Source of the DNA: Perna viridis
Lineage: Eukaryota
Direction: 5' to 3'
NCBI GenBank assembly: GCA_037379345.1
Contig: CM074511.1
Location: 49,792,862 to 49,856,861, forward strand
Length of the DNA stretch: 64,000 nt
The notes under the pieces were generated by a model. That model made no database searches and was not told the origin of the DNA. It worked only from the letters and a program-made list of their open reading frames with translations. Each line of letters starts with the position of its first letter. The stretch's first letter is position 1. Below are positions 26,301 to 38,300 of this stretch, piece after piece. A program made the position numbers and the translations under genes.

Positions 26301-29300
26301 TTTTAATATTATTTTTTTGTGTTAGTGTAATTATGAAGCTTATAAGATCTGAGAAAAAAACCTTTCTTGACAGATTACAAATTGCAATTAAGTCCACCAT
26401 TGATGGTTTAATGATTAAGTTAACGAGAATTACAAACAATTTTCATGTCATGAGGGTGATTCTGCTTGCATTCAGGAATTGATGTTTGATAGGATAGACA
26501 TTTATCAATTTTACAATTACACATTTTCAAATGAAAGTCTTCAAGCTATATTTGCCCTCGTCTTTTTTTTTTGGTACTTGCAGGACATGTATTGATTTTT
26601 GTAATGCTTGCTCTACGTTTTTGTACATTCACTTGTGTTTTTTGTTTGTATACACTAAATTAGTTTATCACAGCAATACTTTCTTGAAGGTAAACAAATT
26701 ACTCTCTATGTCATGTATATATTCTCATGGAACAAACTAGTCTCCTGTTTTTTGTTTTTTTTTGGTTCCACTTTTAATCAATACATTTTTTTTACCCAAG
26801 TCACTATTGTTGTTGATTCATAATTGAAATCTTTTAATGCCTAAGGAGATATCTTTGAACTTAATTTATTTTATGTAAAAGCTTGAAGTCGTAAGTTATC
26901 TTTTACTAAGTTTTGATGTCAGAGCAAAATGTGGTAACGGTATGGAACATAATGACCACATTTTATTTTAAATGCAAGATTTGTATTATTTGATAAAAAG
27001 TAGCTAAGATGAACAAATCTTGGTTTCCTAAAACTAAAACTTGAGAATTTCCTCAAATTGGCAGTATGAAGCAATCTTAATCAGTCAACATTTAAATTGA
27101 GGAAGGATTTGATGCTAATTTTAACTTGAGATTTTTTTATGCATAAAAGCATGTAAATTTGTCAGTTGTGTTTCATATTTTGTTTAATATTTAGAAACTT
27201 AAAATGAATGGCTTTACATGCTTATTCTCTGAATTATCGCTTTTTGTTGCATTTGTGTTGTTTGTGTGATACATTGGCATATCGATTAACTTCACCTTTT
27301 TTTTTTGTTCTTTTAATTTCTAGACCAATTGAATAACCTTATAAACTCTTTGAATGAAAGTAACCCCAGATCACCAGTTAAATTTGCAGGTAAAATATTA
27401 CGTTTTACATGCAGTAAGTCTCTCATGACCCTTAATGATCCATGTTAGATTTTTTCGATCTTTTGTACATTGAACTTGACTGAACTTTTACCTAAGTCTC
27501 TGTTTCAGTTTCAAATGAAGCACTTTTAAATGATTGGAAGAAACATGTTTTACTATCTTTTTATTCATATATTATAAGCTGACCTGAATTTATGATCTCA
27601 ACCTGACTTTATTCAATGGTATGCATGTTTGAGTGTTGGGCACAAAGAAATTATTGCTTTGTGTTCATCAATCAGTTACATAAATTAGGTTAATTAACCA
27701 TTAAGTAAATGCCACCAAGTCAAATTTATGTACTTGTATATCTCAGTGTCTTCATTCATGACTGATTTGAGATTTCAGGTTTGGACAATGGCATGAATAC
27801 TTTCACTTATACAATTCTACTGAAGAGTTAACAGGTTTGACTTATAATGCATGATTTGGAGTTCAACATTTTATTGAAAGGTTTCATTCTGCATGTATCT
27901 TTGGTTTGTTTTACTTAGGATATGTTATTTGTCACACATTGGTAATTTTTGTCATAATTTCAGGTTCAGATGGCATACCTAGTAGACCTTTCAGTGACAG
28001 TCGAAGAGATAAGGAAGTAAGTTTCTAATATGAGACATAGGGGGAAAAAGGAAAATGTCCATTAATGAGAATTTTTTTTTCTGCCAAATTGTCAAAAAGT
28101 TGTATTGTTTGGTGCAGCCTAAATATTAGCCTTTTCATGGTCAAGGATAGTAATAAGTTATGGTTTATAGAAGATCAATTTTTTTAACATCAACCATGTT
28201 GTCTTGGGGTTCTGTTATCGTACCCTCTTTCCTCCTACCAATAGCACCTTATGATCACTCCGGAAGCTACATCTTCCAGCAGATTGTGACTAAACTTGGC
28301 ACGTAGAAAAGAATAAAATCTTATGATTTTCAAGGTGAAAAGTCAGATTGTTACACTAATGAATGTAAGGCTTTGTAATTGCCTCAATTAACATTATATA
28401 TTATCAAAATGATGGCATTAAAATTCATTCTTGCAGAGGGAATCTGCTTTAATTACCCATGTTGAGAGTCCCATTACAATGTGGATACAGACCTTGACAG
28501 AAGAGAACACAGAAAGATTGCTGAACATATCAGAACAGTTAGCATCTCTTTGCCCAGCTGCCAGTAAAGTGACAGGTCCTGTTGTCACAGGGAAGATTTA
28601 TGCCACCATGTTCTCCGAAGATAACCAGTGGTACAGGTGTCAGTTGAAACAATCATTAGGTAATACATATTACAGTGGAACCCCCTTAAACTGGCCCCTC
28701 TGAGAACCGGATTCCTCTGAAAACCGTACATTTATTTTTGGTCCGGAATTAACGCCTATACATTCAAGTAAAAAAGTCCTCTGAATACCGGCCCCTCTAA
28801 ATTCCGAATTCCGGCCGTACATTCTGGTACAAAACGTATGTTTTCATACAATATTGACCTCTTAAAACCGGCCGACAAAATCTGTTTACCTGAGAAATCG
28901 GTGAACTGTGTTACCTGTCACTGTGTATTGATTATTGATTGACATATTTTACATGTAAACCATTGCCGCCGGACTATTTACCTTGTTATGTAAACATGTC
29001 ATACAGGTGCAAATTGTGATTAAATGTAATTATCAAACATCAAAACATAATAATTTAAACAAATCGGCTTGTAAAGATAATGATTAAAAGGCAATTTAGC
29101 TTGCACACACAATGATCGGCGTGGTTTACCACATGTATATTTTTAATTTGTTTTTAAACCCATGAATATCAAACGGTTTTGTTAAAGCAAACTTCATTTG
29201 ATTTAAACAATTTTTCCGACCGTGGTGCATTCTTTTGTCTTATTAGTAAATTAAATTAAATTTATGGTTTCATTTCATTTGGCTATAAATTTTGAGCGTT

Positions 29301-32300
29301 AATAAATTAAAACCATAAAAGTCAGTGACCCCCGATATCGATGTATTTATGGTATTCTATAAATAAACTTGTAAAATAACAACAACATGGATATAAATAT
29401 TCAATGAAACATACATGTATTACAAAAAAAAAACATTTGAAAAGATACAATGCACTGCACAAACAGTCAACATGCTTTAAAAATGAAATGAAGGTAACTT
29501 GCAGACATAGATTAATCATAGTTGTATATTTCCGGAACCAGTTTCCGGAGCAACAACGTCAATTTCCGGTACCTCTGGAAACCGGACCCTCTGAAAACCG
29601 GCTGATTTCATCAGTCCCAGTGATGGCCGTTTACAGAGGTTGCACTGTATACAGTGAAACCTGGTGAAAGTTACAGTTATTTCCGTTTTCTTTCAAGTCT
29701 ATGCCTGTAGATTTTAAATCTGTACCACCAAACTGGTAACTTAGTTCTGTTGGTGAAATAAGGAAAAGGTAGATTTTTTTTAAAACATGAATGTAGTCTT
29801 GTGGGTTATTCAAACTATTACACAGGCCTTTCGTTAAGAGACGGTACCAGGTACTTTTACCGGTCTAAGCTACTGAAAGGTACCTCCAGAATTTAAAATT
29901 TCACATTATGTTTAAAAGAGAAAATGATTAAAAGTACCTCCTACAAAACCAATTGTACTTGCATTGCAAAAAATAAATGAAACCCCTGATTACAATGATC
30001 ATCTCTAAAATCAGTTTAAATATTTTGTAATTTTACTTTAGTAGGTAGTTCTTGTTATGATGTTATTACGGAATCTTAAAGATGGCTTAAAAAGTAATCT
30101 TGACGTAAAGTATGTTTGGCAAAATTGCAAACATTTATTTTGATAGCCATTTTAAAAGGAAGAAAATTTATGGAAATAAAATGTGAAATTTAAAGTATGT
30201 TCTTCCAACATCATCTATGAGAAAAATTAGGAACTACATAAGTTATGATCTACCTTGATTTGATTTGGTATTCATACTGGTGGTATGATCTATATGACTC
30301 CACTATATTAAAATCATGGAAAGAAAGAAAAATAAATTTTATGTTTAAGGAACTTGATAGGATTTGAAATAAGTGTAATTGTCATTAGAATGGTAATAGA
30401 CTTGGGCAACTGTAAGTTCTTTTCTTGTCTGTTTTAGGGTCTGACACTCTGAAAGTACAGTACATAGATTATGGAAATTCAGAGGAAGTTAAAAATGAAT
30501 CTCTGGTGGAGATACCACAGTCACTAGCATCAATGAAACCCATGGCAACCAAGCTTATTCTACATAACTGCTATGCAAATGATCTTTCGGACCAAAAAGT
30601 AAGAGATAAAATCAGTGGATTTACTGGTTTTTGTTCATGTTAAAACTAACATTGATTTCATTAACTGAAAAGTCTTGCTTATACTCTATTTATCTTTTAC
30701 CGATGTGTAAATCAGGCTGTACTTGAATAATAAATAACAATATACCAATATTTGTTTGCAAGCAAACAAGTAGAGTATTATTAATGTAGGGACAATTTTC
30801 TGTTTCTAATAGTAATACATATACTGACTTAGCTTGTTGATAATTGGAAATTACATCCAAATGACTTTCAAAATAATTTGTAGAAAATTTTAAATATGTT
30901 AAATTTCTGTTTGAAAAATTAAACATGGTATATGTATTTTAGAATAAACTTCCAAGGTTGTCATTAAAACAATTGTGATACTTTTTTCACAGGCAATTCA
31001 ATGGGTGAAAGAATTAACAGAAGGCATTGTGGTAGATACTGTAAAGACTGTTCCTCTGAAGGATAATACAGGACATTATGGCATGCTCTATGTGGGAGAA
31101 AATTGTGTAAATGACAATATAAAAGAACTAGGCTTTGCTTACACACGTCCTGCCATGGCCAATAAAACTAATGATGTTGGTGGGCAGGGCTTATTGGGGC
31201 CCGGCAAACTAATGGGTGAGTGAAGATATTTAGGAAGTACTCTTGTTATGTTGGCCAAATTAAATTCTCATGTAACCATTAGAGTGTGTTCAGAATCTTA
31301 ACCTTGTTTTTTATGTCTATATGATTTATACAAGAAGTGTTTTTCATGGTGATGGAGTTTAATGTTATTGACTGAAATTTCCTTCTATGTCATCACTTTA
31401 AATTTTAACATAACTAAATCTGTTTATATTGATACTGGAGGATGCTGATAGAGGGGTAGTACTATTTTGACCCAAAACATGATAAATTAACAAAATGAAT
31501 ATTAGATGTAAGTTTTTATTCTGTCAGCGGTAATTTTTCACTTTTTAATTCATAAGTTTGTGTAAAGGGAGTTAGGGTGAAATGTTTTTCATTGTGAGGA
31601 TGCTCTTTGGTATGGGCGCATTTTGTAGACAAATAAAACAGATTACATAAATAATTGCAGTTAAAACTTGTGTTCTTTTTTACATCAAAGCTAATGTTAT
31701 AACCAAGTCAGTGACCAATGACCAGATAATTGGAACAGGGGGAGGATATGCAGATAGTGGGGGAGGGGGTTATGGAGATATGACAGGGAGTCCAATATTT
31801 GGTGGAAAACAGAATGGAGGAAGACTGACTCCTAAGTTTAACAGGTAATCTAACTCCGCTTACATACTTATAATGAAATGACAAAATAATGGATTACAGC
31901 ACAAAAATTGAAATGTGAATAGATATGATGTTTACATTTAATTGAGTTGAAGTAAAAAGAACTGAGATGGATTTTTTTATTCAGTACAGTGAAGTTTTTA
32001 AATTTTCAAACAAAAATTCTTAAAAATTAAAAAATAAACTTTTCTAAGGTCCTTTTTTTTTTTTTTTTTTTATAATGTACATCCCAGTGCAGGTCCGGGT
32101 GTTAAAAGAATAGGCCTGCAGCAGCGCTAAGCTTGTTGTAAAAGGCCTCTAAATAGTGCTCAGAATCCTAGCCAGGGGCTAGGGAGCTCTGCCCACAGAG
32201 CAACTGGGATATGTGCCCCAGGTGGTGGAATGGGGTACCCCAGGCGTGTTACATGCTGGGGTTGTCAGGCTATAATACGGAAAACCTGACCGCAAACCAT

Positions 32301-35300
32301 AGTGGTGCACCATGTTGGGAAAGATGCCACGTTCCTCACTGTCCTGGAGTAGGAACCATAGGGCTCCGCCACAGGAGGCTAAATTGCCCGACCTTACCCA
32401 TCACTCTCTTTTTCTAGTGGCAATCAAAATTTTTCGACCCCATTATCCTTGTGTCCCATCCCCTTTTTTGCATTTCATCATCATTTCATGTTCATTTTAT
32501 TATCCATTTCATGTTCATCGTCTGAATATAGCTGAAATATTGCTGCTTGGACGTTAAACCCCAACAATCATTATAATGTACAAACTCTTTAAACCAATAT
32601 TTTCAGAATTTTATCTCGAACAAAAAAACATGCCTATCAAAATATATCAAGTATATATCTTTTGTAAAAGAGCCTGGTTTTAACACTATACATGACCCAA
32701 ATATTGATGAGAATGATTTGATAGTTACATGTAGATATGATCTCATCATTCTAACAATTAACACCAGACTTTTCACATAGTAAGGAATTACTGTACATGT
32801 TATACTCTATAATTTGTAGAGATACAGGTAGTCCAGACCCAACAGGTGAAGTAGAGAGACTAAGGCAAGAGTTGGCTAAGAAGAATATGCAGCTTCAACA
32901 TGTTTTGTTGAATAGGTATGTATAAGTTTTGGTAAGTTTAATAATTAGTAAAAATTTTATCTAATATCAAGATTATGTATTGTAATAAAGTTGTCATATT
33001 TGCAGTAAATTTCATTAAACACATATATTTTATATATATCTTTTAATTCTTATTTCATGATCATGTGAATCTACCTGAAAAATAAACCAGAGATTACTCT
33101 GTAAAGCTTGTCTGAATGAAACAGATTGAAATATTTGTCTCTGGCTAGTATTCAGATTTATTCATGTTCAAATACATTTAAACTGATATTGCACATTCAA
33201 GAGTTGTCTTGTTTAGACATCTTGTATTGTTTCAATGGTTAGGTGTACAAACATCTTACTTATAAATTTACATGACATATTTTTTGCATTAGTTATAACA
33301 AATTTTTTTTTTTTTATTTCAGACCAGAATCTAGTGGTTTTGATCCTACACCCGAGATGGATAGATTAAGGCAAGAATTGGCAAAAAAGACTGCTCAACT
33401 CCAGCAAGCTTCCATGACCAGGTGTGTTAAAAATAACATGTAGCACCTTACATTTATTTATTCCATCCACAATATTTTTATATTATATTTTGGGCTTTAC
33501 TATACACTGTCAATTTGTTCGACACTTATTTATGCAGAACAGGTATAGATAATATTTTTTGTAGATTTATTGGAGTTGTAATGTTGACAGTTACTGTTGT
33601 CTTTTGCAAGTCCGTTTGATATGTCGTGTTTTTATTAGACATTAGTAGGGTTAGGTGTTGTATGATGTCTTACTGAAGGTGCCCTAATTGTCCTTTTCAA
33701 CCAACCATCCCTGGGTTAAATTTTCTTTAATTTGATCCGTAGAACACACTGTTTAGTACATTTTCACTAGAAACATCCTATGCATCATTGTTATGTTGCA
33801 GATCTGTTACTGAAACCCCAGACTTGTTTGAAATCATATCACATAATTATTCTTTTTCAACAGGAATGACGTCAACACAGATAATGTTAAGGCAATGCAA
33901 GCTCAATTAAACAAGAAACAAAGGGAACTTGAAAAGACTAAAACAGAACTATCAAGCAAAAACTCACTTCTACAGCAACTTCAGATACAGAAAATAGAGG
34001 TGTGGTATAGTAACTTTCAACAAAGACCAGTTTCAATTACTTGAATATCCTCAGTCTTTTTTTATATGGTGAATTTGATTTCTGCAGCACTAGGTTGTTT
34101 ATTATTTCAGTCACAGATGTTAATTTGAATACATATGTATAATAGTTTATCATATGTTCAGATGGCCAAGTTAGCAACATGAAAAAATATATATAAATCA
34201 AAGTATGCAAAATGTCTTATAAAGAAAAATATTTTGTTTTGATAATATGTCATTATGCTGATTGTTATTAAGCAAATATGGAACCACTAGACGGGTACCA
34301 TCCAATATCCAAAATTCAGGGAGACTTCACTTCTCCCCCTGAGAAAAATAGGGAGAAGTTTCAAATATCAAGGAGACTTCTCAGTTTGTGCAAGTTTCAT
34401 TAAATTTTGAATGATGTAATCATATAATAACATGTTTTTTTGAGCAACTTCATCTTTCTAAGACTGCAAATAGACAAAAAAGATATTAATATTAACTAAT
34501 GTATCTGATATTTTTTGTTAATTAAAAGACATTAAATTATTATAAAATTTCACATCTAATCAATCTGATGTCTAACAACTTGTCATTTACACATGCACCA
34601 CAGTTCATTCGTTCAATAACTTAAGATTCATATAGTCTTCTCTTTTTTCAATCCTTCCAGATTTTCAAGGCCTTGGCAAAGTCAAAGTTTTTCATTGAAG
34701 GACCATCTTTTGAAATTCTCATCAAGTCATTCTCTGAACTATTGTTTAAATTGGTTCTCAACCTTGACTTGGTTTGATTTTGGGTAGAGAATCCTCTTTC
34801 TCATGTTGGTAGAAGTGTGCAGCACTGAACAAGTTTTACAATATTTGGCATTATAGCTTCATATTCCATGCCAAGTTTTTCACAAATTTCATTAAGGGAG
34901 GAAGTTTGAAAAGAACCTGTAACAAGCCTTTTGTATTGTTTATATTCCATAGGCTTTTGTTCTTTGTCAATTCCTTGGATGGCAAAATGATCAGCTAAAC
35001 ACTCCGGTTTCCAAATGTTGCCAACTCTCCTTTTTGTGTGCAGAAGTAATGAGAAGAGGCTGCAATACTTGCATTTTTTTCTATCAAATCATTCTCTTGA
35101 AAACAATCTTTTAAATTGTTCACGATGTTGTCTATATATTGTGGCATAATAGATCTGAGGATGTTTTTCTGCTGTGAAAAGAATCTGACTTGAAATGCAA
35201 TATGTCCTGCTTCAATCTCTTCATGATCTTCACATTTCTCAAAGCCATCCATGTTAGTTACAATGGCTTCTTGAACAATTGATCTTCTACTTTCATTGTC

Positions 35301-38300
35301 AGGTCGCTTGTATGTAACATCTTCCCCATCCATTGTAATAAATTCCTCCAGTTTTTCTACATAGATGCCTTCTGCCTCTGAAATTATGAAGAACTTCACA
35401 GGTACTTTCCACTATTGGTGTAATTTTACTCAGGTCCCAATCCTTTGTTTGAAAAATATGACTCAATCTACCCAGGAATGGCAAAATGTCCATCAGCATA
35501 TGAGTGATTGCAATGAAACTGTACTGGGAAACTTCTGCATAAATCCCCCTTGCAGCTTGATTGGCAGTTCCTTCAAGCTCAAGGGCTATAAGAAGGGCAG
35601 GGTAAGTCCTATATATCACTTCTACTGAGTTTTGAAGACTTAACCACCTCACAGAGTGAATTTGAGCAAACTTTAGAGTAGGAAGGTTTAACACCATTTG
35701 AATTTCCTTAAGATTATATGATCTAAGTGCAGATCCACTGAAGTAAAAGAAAATGTTTGCCACTGTGTCAGAGTATTTCTTCAATTGAGGGATAGATTTT
35801 GATGCTTGTGAGGCAGCAAGGGCACATTGCTGTGCTGCACAATGAATCCCTACTAAAGCTGGGCTGAATTCCTTGAGCCTTACAATCACTCCATTTTGCC
35901 TTCCTGTCATGATGCTGGCACCATCAGTTCCATCACCAATAAGTTTTGATACATCTAAACCCTTGACTTTTAGTTCTGTTACCACATGATTTACAATGGT
36001 CTCTGCATCTGCTTTTGGAGTAGAAATTTCAATATTGCTGAGGAACTGTCTTCAGTTGTCTTTCATGTAGGTATTGAGCATACAACAAAAGTCTCTTTTG
36101 ATTTCCACGTTCTGTGCTTTCATCTGAAGTTATAGAAAAATTTCCAGTGTTTGTGATATTTTCATCAATATTGACTGAAATCACTTTTGAACATGCACTT
36201 TGAAATTCTCCAACACTTTTTGAACTTAAATAAGAATTTGCTTCTCTCAATGTTTGACAGGCTATTTCACTAATTAAACTGATAATGTGGGGAAATTCTT
36301 CTTTTGGTAGCTCTCTCTTTGCAAAGAAAAAAAAACTTACAGGACGCATGTCGCATATGGTTGGTAGTTTTTGCTGTTTTTTTTTTTGTGATCTCGGGGA
36401 TATGGATTGTCCATATTAACAGCTCTATGCAAATTACAGTGCCATTTCTTATCAGCACCATTATTACCATTCAAAAGAATTTTGCATAATTTCTTTGGAA
36501 AATTTCTTCCTTGGCAACTCAATCGCATTTTCATCAAACTTTCGCTTTCCACCAGGGTTCGGTGACTCGCCTGTCAGCCACGCATGTATAAACATTTAAT
36601 TTTCAGTGTACATTTTATTTTTAGTGTACAATGTTCGTTTAATCAATGAATGATAAATTTTAATTTTCAGTAACTATTTATTTGTTAACTAAAACAAAGG
36701 ATAATAAATTTATAGTTTATTATGTTTATTGTCACTTCGGGCCCCATGTGGGTCTGGGTGTTGAAAGAATAGGCCCACAGCAGTGCAAAACTTGTTGTAA
36801 AAGGTGACTAAATAGTGCTCAGAACCCTAGCTGGGGGCTTTGGCGCTGTGTCCACAGCAACTGGGATGTGTGCCCCACGTGGTGGAATGGGGTATCCCTG
36901 GCATGTTACATGCTGGGGTTGTCAGGCTATAATACGGAAAACCTGACAGCAAACCATGGTGGTGCATTGTGTTGGGAAAGATGCCATGTTCCTCGCATGT
37001 TCAAGAACCATTGTGTGGTATTCTTTCTGAGTAGGAACTATAGGGCTCCGCTACAGGAGGCTAAATTGCTCGACCCTACCCACCTCTTCCTATTTCCAGT
37101 GGCAATCGAAATTTGTCAACCCCATTATCCTCGTGTCCCATCCCGTATTTCATTATCATTTCATGTTCATTTTATCATCCATTTCATGTTCATCGCCTGA
37201 ATATAGCTAAAATATTGCTGCTCGGGCGTTAAACCCCAACAACCGATCAATCTGTCACTTCGGGATGAGTTCTGATCAACTGATGTTACGCAGTCAGATC
37301 CTTTGATGTTGACATGTACAGATAGCGGTAACATTTTCACAGTCAACATTTATATATTAATGGTATTAAGTGTAATCTTTTATTAATTTAAGTGTAAAAA
37401 TTTTTTTCAATAACTTTGACATTGTATTGGTAGTGACAGGTGTATTGTGTATTTTCATTAATGTTAGCGTAAAGTTCCGGTCGAGTACTCAATGGGAGAT
37501 CATATGAGTGTAAGTAGCAGGGCGGAAACAGGTGTAATGACCTGCTATGAATTGTCTCGTTTTAGCTCTGAAAACACACAATAAAGTTATATTTAAAGAA
37601 TCACCGATTTTCTACTAGATTTTCCTTTTAGATTTTGAAAAATAAAAGGGGAATGTGTCTGATCTTAAGGGCAACTTTTAACTTCTCTTTCGTGGTAATA
37701 TACGTTGAAGTTTGAAACCAAAAAGTGACTATTTCACCTGAGTCGCCCCTAGGATGGTCCTTGCACTAAAGACATTTTCAAGTCCTTAGGTAGATGTAAT
37801 GAAACTTCAGATTCTGTTTTCTATTTATTTCAGTTACCCCAAGTGACAGAACTATGTAATCAGGTTAGAAACTTGAGGTAAGGTGTAAAATGTCATTGTG
37901 GTAAAAATACAACTATTTGCAAGTTAGAAAATTTATACAATAATTACTTAATAATAAACAGGTCTGCATGATACATGTGTTTTAATACAACATTCATTAC
38001 TATCAAAGGAAGGTTTAAATATTGTACCCCTACTCAGCGAGTGGTATATTGGAATCACCATTTCCGTCATTCCGTCCAAATTTCGTCACAATGTTCTCGG
38101 ATCCCAATGAATGGATTAATTTCTAATTAGGTGTAGGGCTTCATGTAGATGGACCTATGTTGTAAGTGACTTTGGGTGCTGTCTGATATTAACTTCCTGT
38201 ATGAGTAGGGGTATCCCTGGCATAATAACACATGCATCTTCATGTTAGGAGTCGGTTGGATCCAAGTTGTATAAGGGTTTCATTATAGTCCTCTTAACTA

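Larger units (their letters stand above)
34292..37763 (-). mobile_element. Decayed hAT-superfamily DNA transposon (ZNF862-like transposase) in an STK31 intron
   Basis: Degenerate TIRs CGGGTACCATCC (34292-34303) / GGATGGTCCTTG (37752-37763) flanked by CACTAGA / CACTAAA; contains a transposase pseudogene. Confidence 0.75.

Noticed and set aside
27779-27834. Possible extra STK31 exon (TTTCAG|GTTTGG...ACAG|GTTTGA)
   Set aside because: It has an in-frame TAA in the required phase and a weak donor, and the flanking exons join correctly without it. A poison exon cannot be supported without RNA data.
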